In this document: piece after piece, positions 1 to 8,597 of the stretch
How positions within the stretch are numbered: the stretch's first letter is position 1
Layout: each line of letters begins with the position of its first letter
Origin: an uncultured Bacilli bacterium
GTDB taxonomy: Bacteria > Bacillota_I > Bacilli_A > RF39 > UBA660
Direction: 5' to 3'
Length of the DNA stretch: 43,868 nucleotides
Assembly (NCBI GenBank): GCA_944372025.1
Contig: CALVYE010000001.1
Location: 1 to 43,868 of the forward strand
The notes under the pieces: model-generated
The model's database searches: none
What the model saw: only the letters and a program-made list of their open reading frames with translations
Told to the model about the DNA's origin: nothing
Made by a program: the position numbers and the translations under genes

Positions 1-86
1 ATTGAGGAAACTCAGTTCTTTTTGTTGTGATTATAATATCACAAAATTTAAAATTTGACAAAACTTAGATAATCATAAGTCTTTAT

Positions 87-494
87 TTATTTTAAAACAC
101 TAAAAATTAAATTTTTAAAATCGTCTAAGCTTTTTATGTATCTATAAATTTCAAAAATATCTTTCGATGTAAAAATTATTAACATTCTATCTTTTTCATC
201 AAGTTTTACCACTTCCTTATTTTTAATTGTATCTATATATTTAAAAACATTTAATGAAAATATTTTTATATTAGGATTTTTAATTTTTAATTTTGAAATA
301 TAAGATTTGTTATTAGTTTCATACCTATTAATATTAATAATATAACACTCATCCTTGAAATTGTTGTCTATTATTTTTTTTAGTGAAACAAATGTGTTTA
401 ATGCCATTTCGTTTTTATTATCATTAAAATTTATGATTATTCTTTGATTTTTACTTATTATAATTATTAGTTTATTTTTTACAATATATTTCAT
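87..494 (-). CDS. hypothetical protein (135 aa), no recognisable family
   Basis: Intact ORF with a strong SD (AGGGGGA, 5 nt before the ATG at 494). It lies just downstream of the terminator of the 671-aa gene. K/N/I-rich, with no TM segment or signal peptide. Confidence 0.5.
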   Translation of the reverse strand: MKYIVKNKLIIIISKNQRIIINFNDNKNEMALNTFVSLKKIIDNNFKDECYIININRYETNNKSYISKLKIKNPNIKIFSLNVFKYIDTIKNKEVVKLDEKDRMLIIFTSKDIFEIYRYIKSLDDFKNLIFSVLK

Positions 495-560
495 GTTATC
501 CCCCTATATAAAAATATCATAAGTATTTTTTTTATACAATTAACAGAAATGAAAATTTTA

Positions 561-603
561 AAAAGATAAAACTTACAAAAACAAAGATTATTTTGTAAGT
601 TTT
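561..603 (-). terminator. rho-independent terminator after the 671-aa gene
   Basis: Perfect 13-bp arms, aaaacttacaaaa (568-580) and ttttgtaagtttt (591-603), with a 10-nt loop that contains the stop codon (588-590). Followed on the minus strand by ATCTTTTT. Confidence 0.6.
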
Positions 604-2603
604 AAATATTTATTAATATCTTCGCTATCAAACTTATATTTTTTAGGTTTATACAATAATTTTGGAATAACTGCATTTTTATTTTTATTTAAAATTCTTT
701 TTAAAATATAATTACATTCTTCAATTAAGTCATCTGAGTCATATAAAGAAATATATTCATTCATTTTTAAAATTAAAAGTTCTAGTTCCTCATTTAACTT
801 TTCTAGACAAAACTCTTTTACTAATAACTTGTTATTGTTAGAAATACTATATAACTTTTTATTTCTATAATCATAATATTCTTTAAACTTATAACTATTC
901 ATTAATTCTAAAAGATTTTGATTCATTTTTTCGATATATTTTTCTACATGAATTAAATAGATTGGAATTTCAAAAAAGTTTGCTATGTTCTTATCATTAT
1001 CATTAATCTCATCAAAACAAACAACGCAATCTGGTATAATGGGGTCGTTATTTCTATATCTTTTAATCGCAACTTCATTATATAACATATTTGTTTTTTC
1101 AATTAGTTTAGCTGATGGTAAATAATTACTTTTAGGATTTTTTCTTTGAGATTTAAAAAGTTCTATTGAAGAATTTATATCCTCGGTTCCCATATCTAAT
1201 ATATCATTAGGATCAATGCTGTTAAATCCCAAAATAGTTCCAACACCATCATCTACACCTAAAAACAATTCTGAGATTAAACTTGTTGATATAAAAGAGT
1301 CTTCAACATAAAATTGTGTCCATAATTTAGGATTTTGATGTAATTTATTGGCAATATCGCGATATTTATGACCTTTTATTCTATGTACTAATAAATTAAA
1401 GTCTTGACCATTTAATTCTACTAATTTTGCATTTTCTTTATAAAGTGAATCCACAATTTCTGACTTGCAATAATTGTTATATTTGTTTTGTATGCCATCA
1501 AAAAAATTGTTTAAATTTAAATTATATAAATTATTAAAAATAATTTTTAAATCGTCTTTGTTTTCAATAATGACAAACATATTTAATTTGTATAAAATTT
1601 CTAATTCTCTATTTGTATATGAAACTTTATTTATTTCATTTAAATTATTTATCTTATTAATGGTATTTAAAAATGTCTCATAGTTTATGCCAAAAAGCAT
1701 TCTAATAATTTTTTTCTTTAATTCTTCTATATCTTTAAAACTATCAAAATCATTTGATATTGTTTCATAAATTTTCTCTTCAATATTTTTTAAGTCTTCA
1801 ATTGTTTTAATTTCAAATTGTCTATTATTAAAATAAATTTTAAATTTTTCTATAATATCATCAGTTGGATATTTCTTTATATTACATAATAATTCTTCAT
1901 TTTTATTATAGAAACTTATAAACTCTTCAAATGACATATCTATTTTTATTTTAGATTTTAAAATTAAATTTATTAAAATTTCAATATTATCAAACTTATG
2001 ATTAATAATATCTTTGTAATTGTTTCTAGGGATAATATAAAAATTATATACAAAAAAATTAAAATAATCTTGTTCTTCTTTAGATGTTGAAATGAATTCT
2101 AAATATCTAATATCTTCACAATCAAAATTAAACACTGAATTACAAAAATTCATAATAGAAGTATTTTTTAAAATATTTTTACATTTAAGAATAAAATCAG
2201 GCGATGTATAACATGAATATAAAATTTCACTATATATTGGTATATTGTTATTATACATTACTATTAATTTTTCTTTTATAATTGGATCTCTTATTCCACT
2301 ATCTAAAAATTTTAATTCTATTTTTTCTATATTTCTCGCAATAAAATCTATATTATATTCTTCTAAATATTTCGGATTTTCAAAAATCTCAATATTCATA
2401 TTTAATAAATCAGCATTAGGATTATTTTCTAAAATTTTATCTAAAAGATATAAATTGTTATTTTTATTTGCAATTTTAATTAAACTTTTTAAAAGATGCA
2501 AAAACAAATCATTACTCTTTTTTTCTATATATTTATTAAAAATTTTTCTAATAGTTTTAGTATATTGTTTATTTTGTTCTAAAATTGTATTTATTTCTTC
2601 CAT
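588..2603 (-). CDS. large hypothetical cytoplasmic protein (671 aa); unknown family, possible degenerate ART-like core at aa ~395-535
   Basis: Long intact ORF with SD AGGTGA 6 nt upstream of the ATG, its own extended -10 promoter and its own terminator. No signal peptide or TM segment. Motifs 'LLVHRIKG' (aa 404-411), 'FISTS' (437-441) and 'SSIELF' (478-483) are spaced like the R / STS / ExE elements of C3/iota-type ADP-ribosyltransferases, but the first acidic residue is missing. Confidence 0.6.
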   Translation of the reverse strand: MEEINTILEQNKQYTKTIRKIFNKYIEKKSNDLFLHLLKSLIKIANKNNNLYLLDKILENNPNADLLNMNIEIFENPKYLEEYNIDFIARNIEKIELKFLDSGIRDPIIKEKLIVMYNNNIPIYSEILYSCYTSPDFILKCKNILKNTSIMNFCNSVFNFDCEDIRYLEFISTSKEEQDYFNFFVYNFYIIPRNNYKDIINHKFDNIEILINLILKSKIKIDMSFEEFISFYNKNEELLCNIKKYPTDDIIEKFKIYFNNRQFEIKTIEDLKNIEEKIYETISNDFDSFKDIEELKKKIIRMLFGINYETFLNTINKINNLNEINKVSYTNRELEILYKLNMFVIIENKDDLKIIFNNLYNLNLNNFFDGIQNKYNNYCKSEIVDSLYKENAKLVELNGQDFNLLVHRIKGHKYRDIANKLHQNPKLWTQFYVEDSFISTSLISELFLGVDDGVGTILGFNSIDPNDILDMGTEDINSSIELFKSQRKNPKSNYLPSAKLIEKTNMLYNEVAIKRYRNNDPIIPDCVVCFDEINDNDKNIANFFEIPIYLIHVEKYIEKMNQNLLELMNSYKFKEYYDYRNKKLYSISNNNKLLVKEFCLEKLNEELELLILKMNEYISLYDSDDLIEECNYILKRILNKNKNAVIPKLLYKPKKYKFDSEDINKYLKLTK

Positions 2604-2626
2604 ACTACTTCACCTAGTAATTATGT

Positions 2627-2635
2627 ATTATAACA
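2627..2635 (-). promoter_or_regulatory. extended -10 promoter element (TGTTATAAT) for the 671-aa gene
   Basis: The minus strand reads TGTTATAAT, placed directly after the T-tail of the ddl terminator and about 25 nt upstream of the ATG at 2603. Confidence 0.45.
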
Positions 2636-2668
2636 CAAAAATAGGAATGTGTATCACTACATTCCTAT
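2631..2668 (-). terminator. rho-independent terminator after ddl
   Basis: 10-bp perfect arms, ataggaatgt (2641-2650) and acattcctat (2659-2668), with an 8-nt loop. The minus-strand tail is TTTTGTG. The ddl TAG stop lies inside the stem. Confidence 0.65.
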
Positions 2669-3882
2669 CTTAATTTACCAAATTTACCTTTTGCGCCTTT
2701 AGAGCCATTAAAATTTTTCAAGATATTTGTTTCAAAAGAATAAACACGTTTACTTTTCTTTTTATAATCTTTAATTGCTAAAGTTATCATATCATCTAAC
2801 AATTCGGTATAACTTTTCCCTATAGGTTCCCATAAATAGAAAGATAAAGAACCTGGAATTGTGTTAACTTCATTTATATATGCTTTCTTCTTTTTATGAT
2901 CTATTAAATAGTCAATTCTAACAACACCACTCATGTTTAATGCTTCAGCGGCTTTTTTAGTCATTTCTATTATTTCTTCTCTTAATTTATTATCAATTCT
3001 AGCAGGTATAATTCTTTGTGCTGAAAGCATTCCTTTACTTCCAGAAGAACTACTCATTTTAGAAGATTTATTATTTAATTTTCCTTTATTATTGCCAATA
3101 TATTTATCTGCGTAACTTAAAAATTCATCAGTTCCCATAACTTCTTCTAATTCACTAACTTGATAGTATGAATAATCACCTAGCACACTAGCATTTACTT
3201 CTGTAAGATTTTGAATAGCTTCTTCAACTAAAATTTTATTATCATATTTAATTGCATCTTCAATTGCATTTACTAGCTCTTCTCTACTATTTGCGCGTGA
3301 TATACCTACACTACTTCCTAATCTAGCTGGCTTAACAATTACAGGATATTTTATCTTTTCAATATCTTTAATTATTTTATCTTCATCTTTTTTATACTCT
3401 TCATCAAAAAACCATACGTATTTAGGAACAGGTAATTTAGAAGCTTCAAATATTTGTTTCATAAATACCTTATCTTGACCGACTGCTGCTGCATAAACAT
3501 TGCTTCCAACATATGGAATTCCTAATAATTCTAAATATCCTTGAATTGTACCATCTTCACAATTAGTACCATGAACTATTGGTAATACTATATCTATTTC
3601 ATTTACAATTCCTTTAAAGCCCTTTTTATTTTGTAAAACAATTCTATTATCTTTTACGTACAAAATAATATTTTTAGCATATCTTTTTAGATTATCAATT
3701 TCTGAATATGTTTCGATATCTTTTAAGAATGCTCCTGTATACATTTCACGATTCTTGGCAATATAAATAGGTACTGCTTCATATTTTTGTTTATCTAAAT
3801 GATTCATAGCTTGAATTGCAGAAATTATACTTACTTCATGTTCAACACTTTCTCCCCCAAAAATTACTCCTACTTTTATCAT
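2665..3882 (-). CDS. ddl: D-alanine--D-alanine ligase (long form, 405 aa)
   Basis: N-terminal 'KVGVIFGGESVEHEVSIIS', ATP-grasp core 'PVIVKPARLGSSVGIS' and C-terminal 'INEVNTIPG'. SD GAGGAGG. Sits directly downstream of murF. Confidence 0.92.
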   Translation of the reverse strand: MIKVGVIFGGESVEHEVSIISAIQAMNHLDKQKYEAVPIYIAKNREMYTGAFLKDIETYSEIDNLKRYAKNIILYVKDNRIVLQNKKGFKGIVNEIDIVLPIVHGTNCEDGTIQGYLELLGIPYVGSNVYAAAVGQDKVFMKQIFEASKLPVPKYVWFFDEEYKKDEDKIIKDIEKIKYPVIVKPARLGSSVGISRANSREELVNAIEDAIKYDNKILVEEAIQNLTEVNASVLGDYSYYQVSELEEVMGTDEFLSYADKYIGNNKGKLNNKSSKMSSSSGSKGMLSAQRIIPARIDNKLREEIIEMTKKAAEALNMSGVVRIDYLIDHKKKKAYINEVNTIPGSLSFYLWEPIGKSYTELLDDMITLAIKDYKKKSKRVYSFETNILKNFNGSKGAKGKFGKLR

Positions 3883-3929
3883 TTTACTTCCTCCTCGTAT
3901 AACATTTTAACATATTTTTAAATTATTGG

Positions 3930-5522
3930 TTATTCATTAAATGAATCAGGTAAATCATTTTCAATTAATACATAAGTATTTTTATCTTTAAGACTATTAA
4001 TTAAAGTAAATCCATCTTTTACATCATTTATTATGTGAATTTTTTTAGCATTGTATCCATTTTCTTTTAAAGCATCTTGTATTGGTATAGTTTGTTTAGG
4101 GCCAACTAAAATTACTTCATCACATACGGAAGCAATTGATTTTCCAAAATCATAATTTAACTCGTATTGCTTTTCTCCTAATTCAATCATACCTGGAGTC
4201 ATAATTATTTTTTTACCAGGCATTAAATTAAGTACATCTAAAGCCATTTTAGAACCTACAGGATTAGAATTATAAGCATCATCTATTATGTTTATATCTC
4301 CTACTTTTTTAAGTTCTAATCTATGTTCCGTACTTCTTACATTCGAAACAGCTTTCCTTAATTGTTCATCCGTAATTCCTAAATAATGTCCTAAGGCAAT
4401 TCCTGCTAAAATATTATAAATGTTTGGTATACCTAAAAGCTTGGTTTTAAAGTTTCTTTTTTTACCGTCAATCATAACATCAAAGCTCATACCTAAATTA
4501 CTCATCTTTATATTAGTTGCTTGATAATCAGCATTTTTATTATCTATGGAAATCCATATTTTTTTTACAGGGTTTTTAATGTCATAATTAACTTGCTTTT
4601 CATCATCCATATTGAGAATTGCAACCCCATTTGAAGGTAATGATTCAATTAGTTCAAATTTACCTTTTTGAATATTTTCTTCACTACCAAAACTTTCTAG
4701 ATGTGCGGTTCCAATCTTTGTAAGAATTCCATATTGGGGATGTACTAAATCGCACAATTCTTGAATTTCTCCAACTTTGTATGCTCCCATTTCAGCTATC
4801 AAAATATCATCAAATTTATCTAAATGATTATTAATTGTCATGATAAGTCCATATGGCGTATTCAAATTTTTAGGTGTCGGTAATGCATTAAATTTAATAT
4901 TTAGAATATCCGATAAAATATTTTTACTACTTGTTTTTCCATAACTACCTGTAATTCCAATTACTTTTAAATTAGGATTACTATTAAGTTTTTTTACAGC
5001 CTTTCTTTTAAAAGAATGATATACATATCTTTCAACTGGATGATTTATGATATTTGCAATATAAATAACATAATAAGTAAGATATACAATAAATCCTAAA
5101 ATAATATAGTAATATTTTAAATAGATTAAATCAAAACCAATAAACATTATAACTATTGGAATTAGTAATAATATACATATTGTAACTATTAATCTATAAA
5201 TTCTTTTAGTATAAACTAAAGGTTTTTTTTCATGTTTCTTTTCTTCTTTATTATCAACATTATATTTAATAATACAAACAACTAGAAAAATATCAAAAAT
5301 TATAGTATTTATTATGTAATTATTTGAAAAAATTAAAAATATAAATGAAATTAAAATTAAAGTATCAATATTCAAAAAGAGTTTGTTAAAATTTTTGTTT
5401 ATCCATTTTATATATCTACTTTCGGTATTATATAAATTTTGTTGTAACATATGTAAACTTTTTTTTGCTTTTATTGAAAATAAAATACCCCAAAGAATTA
5501 AAGTAATAATAAAATGTATCAT
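3930..5522 (-). CDS. murF: UDP-MurNAc-tripeptide--D-alanyl-D-alanine ligase (MurF) with N-terminal polytopic membrane extension
   Basis: Mur ligase P-loop 'VIGITGSYGKTSSKN', 'GTAHLESFGS' and C-terminal domain 'IIDDAYNSNP'. Residues 1-~165 form about 5 hydrophobic helices in place of the usual soluble domain 1. Confidence 0.85.
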   Translation of the reverse strand: MIHFIITLILWGILFSIKAKKSLHMLQQNLYNTESRYIKWINKNFNKLFLNIDTLILISFIFLIFSNNYIINTIIFDIFLVVCIIKYNVDNKEEKKHEKKPLVYTKRIYRLIVTICILLLIPIVIMFIGFDLIYLKYYYIILGFIVYLTYYVIYIANIINHPVERYVYHSFKRKAVKKLNSNPNLKVIGITGSYGKTSSKNILSDILNIKFNALPTPKNLNTPYGLIMTINNHLDKFDDILIAEMGAYKVGEIQELCDLVHPQYGILTKIGTAHLESFGSEENIQKGKFELIESLPSNGVAILNMDDEKQVNYDIKNPVKKIWISIDNKNADYQATNIKMSNLGMSFDVMIDGKKRNFKTKLLGIPNIYNILAGIALGHYLGITDEQLRKAVSNVRSTEHRLELKKVGDINIIDDAYNSNPVGSKMALDVLNLMPGKKIIMTPGMIELGEKQYELNYDFGKSIASVCDEVILVGPKQTIPIQDALKENGYNAKKIHIINDVKDGFTLINSLKDKNTYVLIENDLPDSFNE

Positions 5523-5531
5523 GTTATCCTC

Positions 5532-6260
5532 CTATACAAAATTTCTAATAATATTTATAGTTTTATTTAAATCTTCTAAGTATGCATAATGAGTACAACC
5601 AGGATAAACTATAATGGCACAGTCTTCAATGTATTTTTCATATAATTCAATTTCTTCCAAAGGTACTGCTTCATCTACTTCTCCAGCAATTACAATTGTA
5701 GATGCATTTATATTTCTAACATAGTCCGTCAAATCTTCATTTACGGTATTAACCAATATTTTTCTCATTGTTTCACTTGCGTTGCGATAATCAGTAGACC
5801 CCATATGTTTTTTAGCAAATCCTTCAAGTTTGTTTAAACCAGGAACTTTTTTAAGACTTTTTAAAACTTTTACTTTCATACCTTGATTTTGTATTCTTTT
5901 AATAAACGGACTACTAAGTAAAACTAATTTTTTGCTCCTTTTTTCACTTGCATAAATTATTCCAATTCTTCCACCAAAAGAATGACCAACTATAGTAGGA
6001 TTTTTTACCTTAAGTTCTGTAAGTAGTTCATCTATGTATTGGTAATAATCAAAAAGTGATACTTCAAAAGGAGGTTCACTACTTTCTCCAAATCCTGGTA
6101 AATCTATTATTGTAATGTGATATTTATCTTTTAACCCTTGACCTATTGGATCCATCATTTGTATATTCTGCCCCCAACCATGTAATAAGACTATTTCTTC
6201 ACCATCTTTATTACCATATTGTATGTAATTTATATCACAATCTTTTATATGTTTCTTCAT
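5532..6260 (-). CDS. alpha/beta-fold hydrolase
   Basis: 'LLHGWGQN' oxyanion region and nucleophile elbow 'GHSFGG'. I chose the start at the internal ATG (MKKHIK) because it is preceded by GGTGA; the ORF-track start at 6284 has no SD. Confidence 0.8.
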   Translation of the reverse strand: MKKHIKDCDINYIQYGNKDGEEIVLLHGWGQNIQMMDPIGQGLKDKYHITIIDLPGFGESSEPPFEVSLFDYYQYIDELLTELKVKNPTIVGHSFGGRIGIIYASEKRSKKLVLLSSPFIKRIQNQGMKVKVLKSLKKVPGLNKLEGFAKKHMGSTDYRNASETMRKILVNTVNEDLTDYVRNINASTIVIAGEVDEAVPLEEIELYEKYIEDCAIIVYPGCTHYAYLEDLNKTINIIRNFV

Positions 6261-6327
6261 TATATCACCATTATTATTATACATTTATTCTAATTAAAAT
6301 ACAATAAAAGTGTTGAAATTGCCACTT

Positions 6328-6735
6328 TTATTGTTGTAATACTTCTATAGTAATAATATTAGAAATAATTTTATCATTCCCCTTACTATAAGCTTTAATA
6401 TTAGTTGTACCGTTTTTTATTCCTGTAACTGTACCATCATTTGTAATTGTCACTATATTAGGGTTACTAATAACCCATTCTATTTCTTCATTTTGGAGAT
6501 TTTTTGGAGTTATCCATGTAACAATTTTAAAACTATCACCTACTTTTATGTAAGCTTTTTCATTTTGATCTGTCTTAATTTCTAATTTATATACATCATT
6601 CATTGGTATTTCTAAAGTTATGTCAGAGATATTTTCATTTTCTTCCTTAGAAGTATTATTTTTTCTTGAACAACTACATCCTGTAATAGCTAATATTATA
6701 AAACTTATACACACTATTTTTTTAAACTTTTCCAT
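6328..6735 (-). CDS. lipoprotein with bacterial Ig-like (Big_2) domain
   Basis: Lipobox 'LAITGCS' after a hydrophobic leader. The C-terminal 'EWVISNPNIVTITNDGTVTGIKNGTTNIKAYS' is a typical Big_2 pattern. Confidence 0.7.
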   Translation of the reverse strand: MEKFKKIVCISFIILAITGCSCSRKNNTSKEENENISDITLEIPMNDVYKLEIKTDQNEKAYIKVGDSFKIVTWITPKNLQNEEIEWVISNPNIVTITNDGTVTGIKNGTTNIKAYSKGNDKIISNIITIEVLQQ

Positions 6736-6743
6736 AAAATCAC

Positions 6744-7991
6744 CTATTTATATTCGGAATAATAATCAGATATAGCTTGTGCCATTGCATTACTAATTTG
6801 CTCAAAATTATTTACTATCCAATTTAGATCAGAATCTTGATCATGAAAAGCTATTTCAACTAAAACCCCATTATTTACATTTGCTGGATTAGTCTCGGCT
6901 AAACTTTTATTGTTTCTAATTCCTCTACCTTTCGATGGATCAGGATATACACTTAAGACAGCATTATATATTCTATCTGCAAGCTCATATGCAGTCTGTG
7001 TTCCATTAGGGTGAACCCAAACCTCAGGTCCAATACCACCACCAGCATTTGAATGAATCGCAAAGTGAAAATCAACTTCATGTGATCTTGAATCTGCAAT
7101 ACTTTCATTAACACTCATAGTTGGTTGATTTCTAAATACTACTATTCCCTTAGATTCTAAAGTGGGTCCTAAATAATCAGCTATTATATTCATAATTTCA
7201 GATTCGTTTGTATAGCCATATCCAGGCAAAATAGAATTACTTCTTTGAGTAGATGGACTTAAGTATACTTTTACATTTGTTGGAATAATATATACTTTTC
7301 TATTATCACATTCATTATATAAATAATAACTATCGGTCTTATTTACCATACTACAAGTTACATTTTCTTTTTCTAGTATATTATAGGTATCTACTGTTGC
7401 ACGTTTCTCATTTCCATAGTAAGTAACATCATAATATAAAACTTCACTGAATAATCTTATTGGAACATATTTTTCTCCATCAATAACTAACAATGTTGCC
7501 TCTCTTTCGTTGTTATTTGCATCTGGATTTGAAGATGAAATTCTTTCGTTATTTGCAATTGTATATGTTATTCCTTCGACTACTTGTACTATCTCGGTAT
7601 ATATTTTATCTGTAAAGAAATAAATTCTATATTCAATATAATTATTTGGATTAAACTCATGTATTCTTATTGATATTCTGTTATTGTCTTTATTATAATC
7701 ACAGTTAGTATATATATTATTAGTAATATCACATATTTCATCCATTTTCATATACATTCTATAAACTGTTTTTCCACCATTACCATTTTCATCGACATCA
7801 ATTTTATCTAAAACAAATAAATTATCAATTGTTCTAGGTTCGACATTTTTAAAGTTAAAAGTAACACTAAAATTTTTATCACTTATTAATGCATTACCAT
7901 AATTACTTTCTTTAATTTCTTCAGCCATAACTGGAAGTTTAAAAATTAAAAAAGATATAAATATTAAAAATAATATGTTTAATTTTTTCAT
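6744..7991 (-). CDS. secreted N-acetylmuramoyl-L-alanine amidase (Amidase_3) with copper-amine-oxidase-N-like stalk domain
   Basis: Signal peptide 'MKKLNILFLIFISFLIFKLPVMA'. Stalk-like segment 'GEKYVPIRLFSEVLYYDVTYYG'. Amidase_3 hallmarks 'VYLSPSTQ', 'FHFAIHSNAGGG' and 'VLVEIAFHD'. Confidence 0.8.
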   Translation of the reverse strand: MKKLNILFLIFISFLIFKLPVMAEEIKESNYGNALISDKNFSVTFNFKNVEPRTIDNLFVLDKIDVDENGNGGKTVYRMYMKMDEICDITNNIYTNCDYNKDNNRISIRIHEFNPNNYIEYRIYFFTDKIYTEIVQVVEGITYTIANNERISSSNPDANNNEREATLLVIDGEKYVPIRLFSEVLYYDVTYYGNEKRATVDTYNILEKENVTCSMVNKTDSYYLYNECDNRKVYIIPTNVKVYLSPSTQRSNSILPGYGYTNESEIMNIIADYLGPTLESKGIVVFRNQPTMSVNESIADSRSHEVDFHFAIHSNAGGGIGPEVWVHPNGTQTAYELADRIYNAVLSVYPDPSKGRGIRNNKSLAETNPANVNNGVLVEIAFHDQDSDLNWIVNNFEQISNAMAQAISDYYSEYK

Positions 7992-8041
7992 AATTACTCA
8001 CATGATATGTTTCAAATATATCATGTTTACCTCCTTTTACC

Positions 8042-8503
8042 TTATAAATTTCCAATACAACATTTCCATTCCCCATCTATTTTTTTACAATCATCCCTAT
8101 TTTTACATGTTTCGTCAGTACAATTAATGTCTCTTTTAAATGATTGATTGCTAGGACATTCTAAAGGCTCTAATTCTTTAGCTTTTTTTGAACAATAACT
8201 AGGATTTGATATACAATCTATACATGCATTAGAGACATCTTGATTTATTTCCCACATTGCAAATTTTATAATCATAGGTACAAAGAATATTAAAGCACTA
8301 AATATTAATTTTTTAATAAGTTTTCTTATATATTTTGATGTATCCCCTGCATTTATTATTGCCTTAATTAATTCGAAAGATCCTATTAAAATTAATATAA
8401 TTGGTATTATAATTTGAATAATACTTATAGAATATCCTATAAAACTGAACAACTTGAAACTTGTTAAACTATTACAAAAATTGTCGCTTGATAAATAATA
8501 CAT
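8042..8503 (-). CDS. small two-TM membrane protein with Cys-rich C-terminal tail (153 aa)
   Basis: SD GAGGGG. Two hydrophobic helices ('IIQIIIPIILILIGSF', 'LIFSALIFFVPMIIKF') separated by a K-rich loop. There are 9 Cys in the last ~60 aa. No family recognised with certainty. Confidence 0.55.
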   Translation of the reverse strand: MYYLSSDNFCNSLTSFKLFSFIGYSISIIQIIIPIILILIGSFELIKAIINAGDTSKYIRKLIKKLIFSALIFFVPMIIKFAMWEINQDVSNACIDCISNPSYCSKKAKELEPLECPSNQSFKRDINCTDETCKNRDDCKKIDGEWKCCIGNL

Positions 8504-8570
8504 CTATATCAGCCCCTCGTATTTTACATAATATAATTATATCATTATTTTTGATATCTTTATAGTTAAT

Positions 8571-8597
8571 AAATAAAAAAAGTGAATATTATTCACT
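8571..8597 (-). terminator. rho-independent terminator after tcdA
   Basis: Stem agtgaa/ttcact (8581-8586 / 8592-8597) with the stop codon in the loop. Followed on the minus strand by TTTTTTTATTT. Confidence 0.5.

Noticed and set aside
1474-2673. Plus-strand ORFs (69 aa and 142 aa) opposite the 671-aa gene, and similar ones opposite topA (12288-12533), ddl, murF, gatA, asnS, PBP, nfo and rsmD
   Set aside because: All are short, F/L/I/S-rich and lack an SD. Each is fully contained in a longer minus-strand gene that is either motif-supported or has proper initiation signals.
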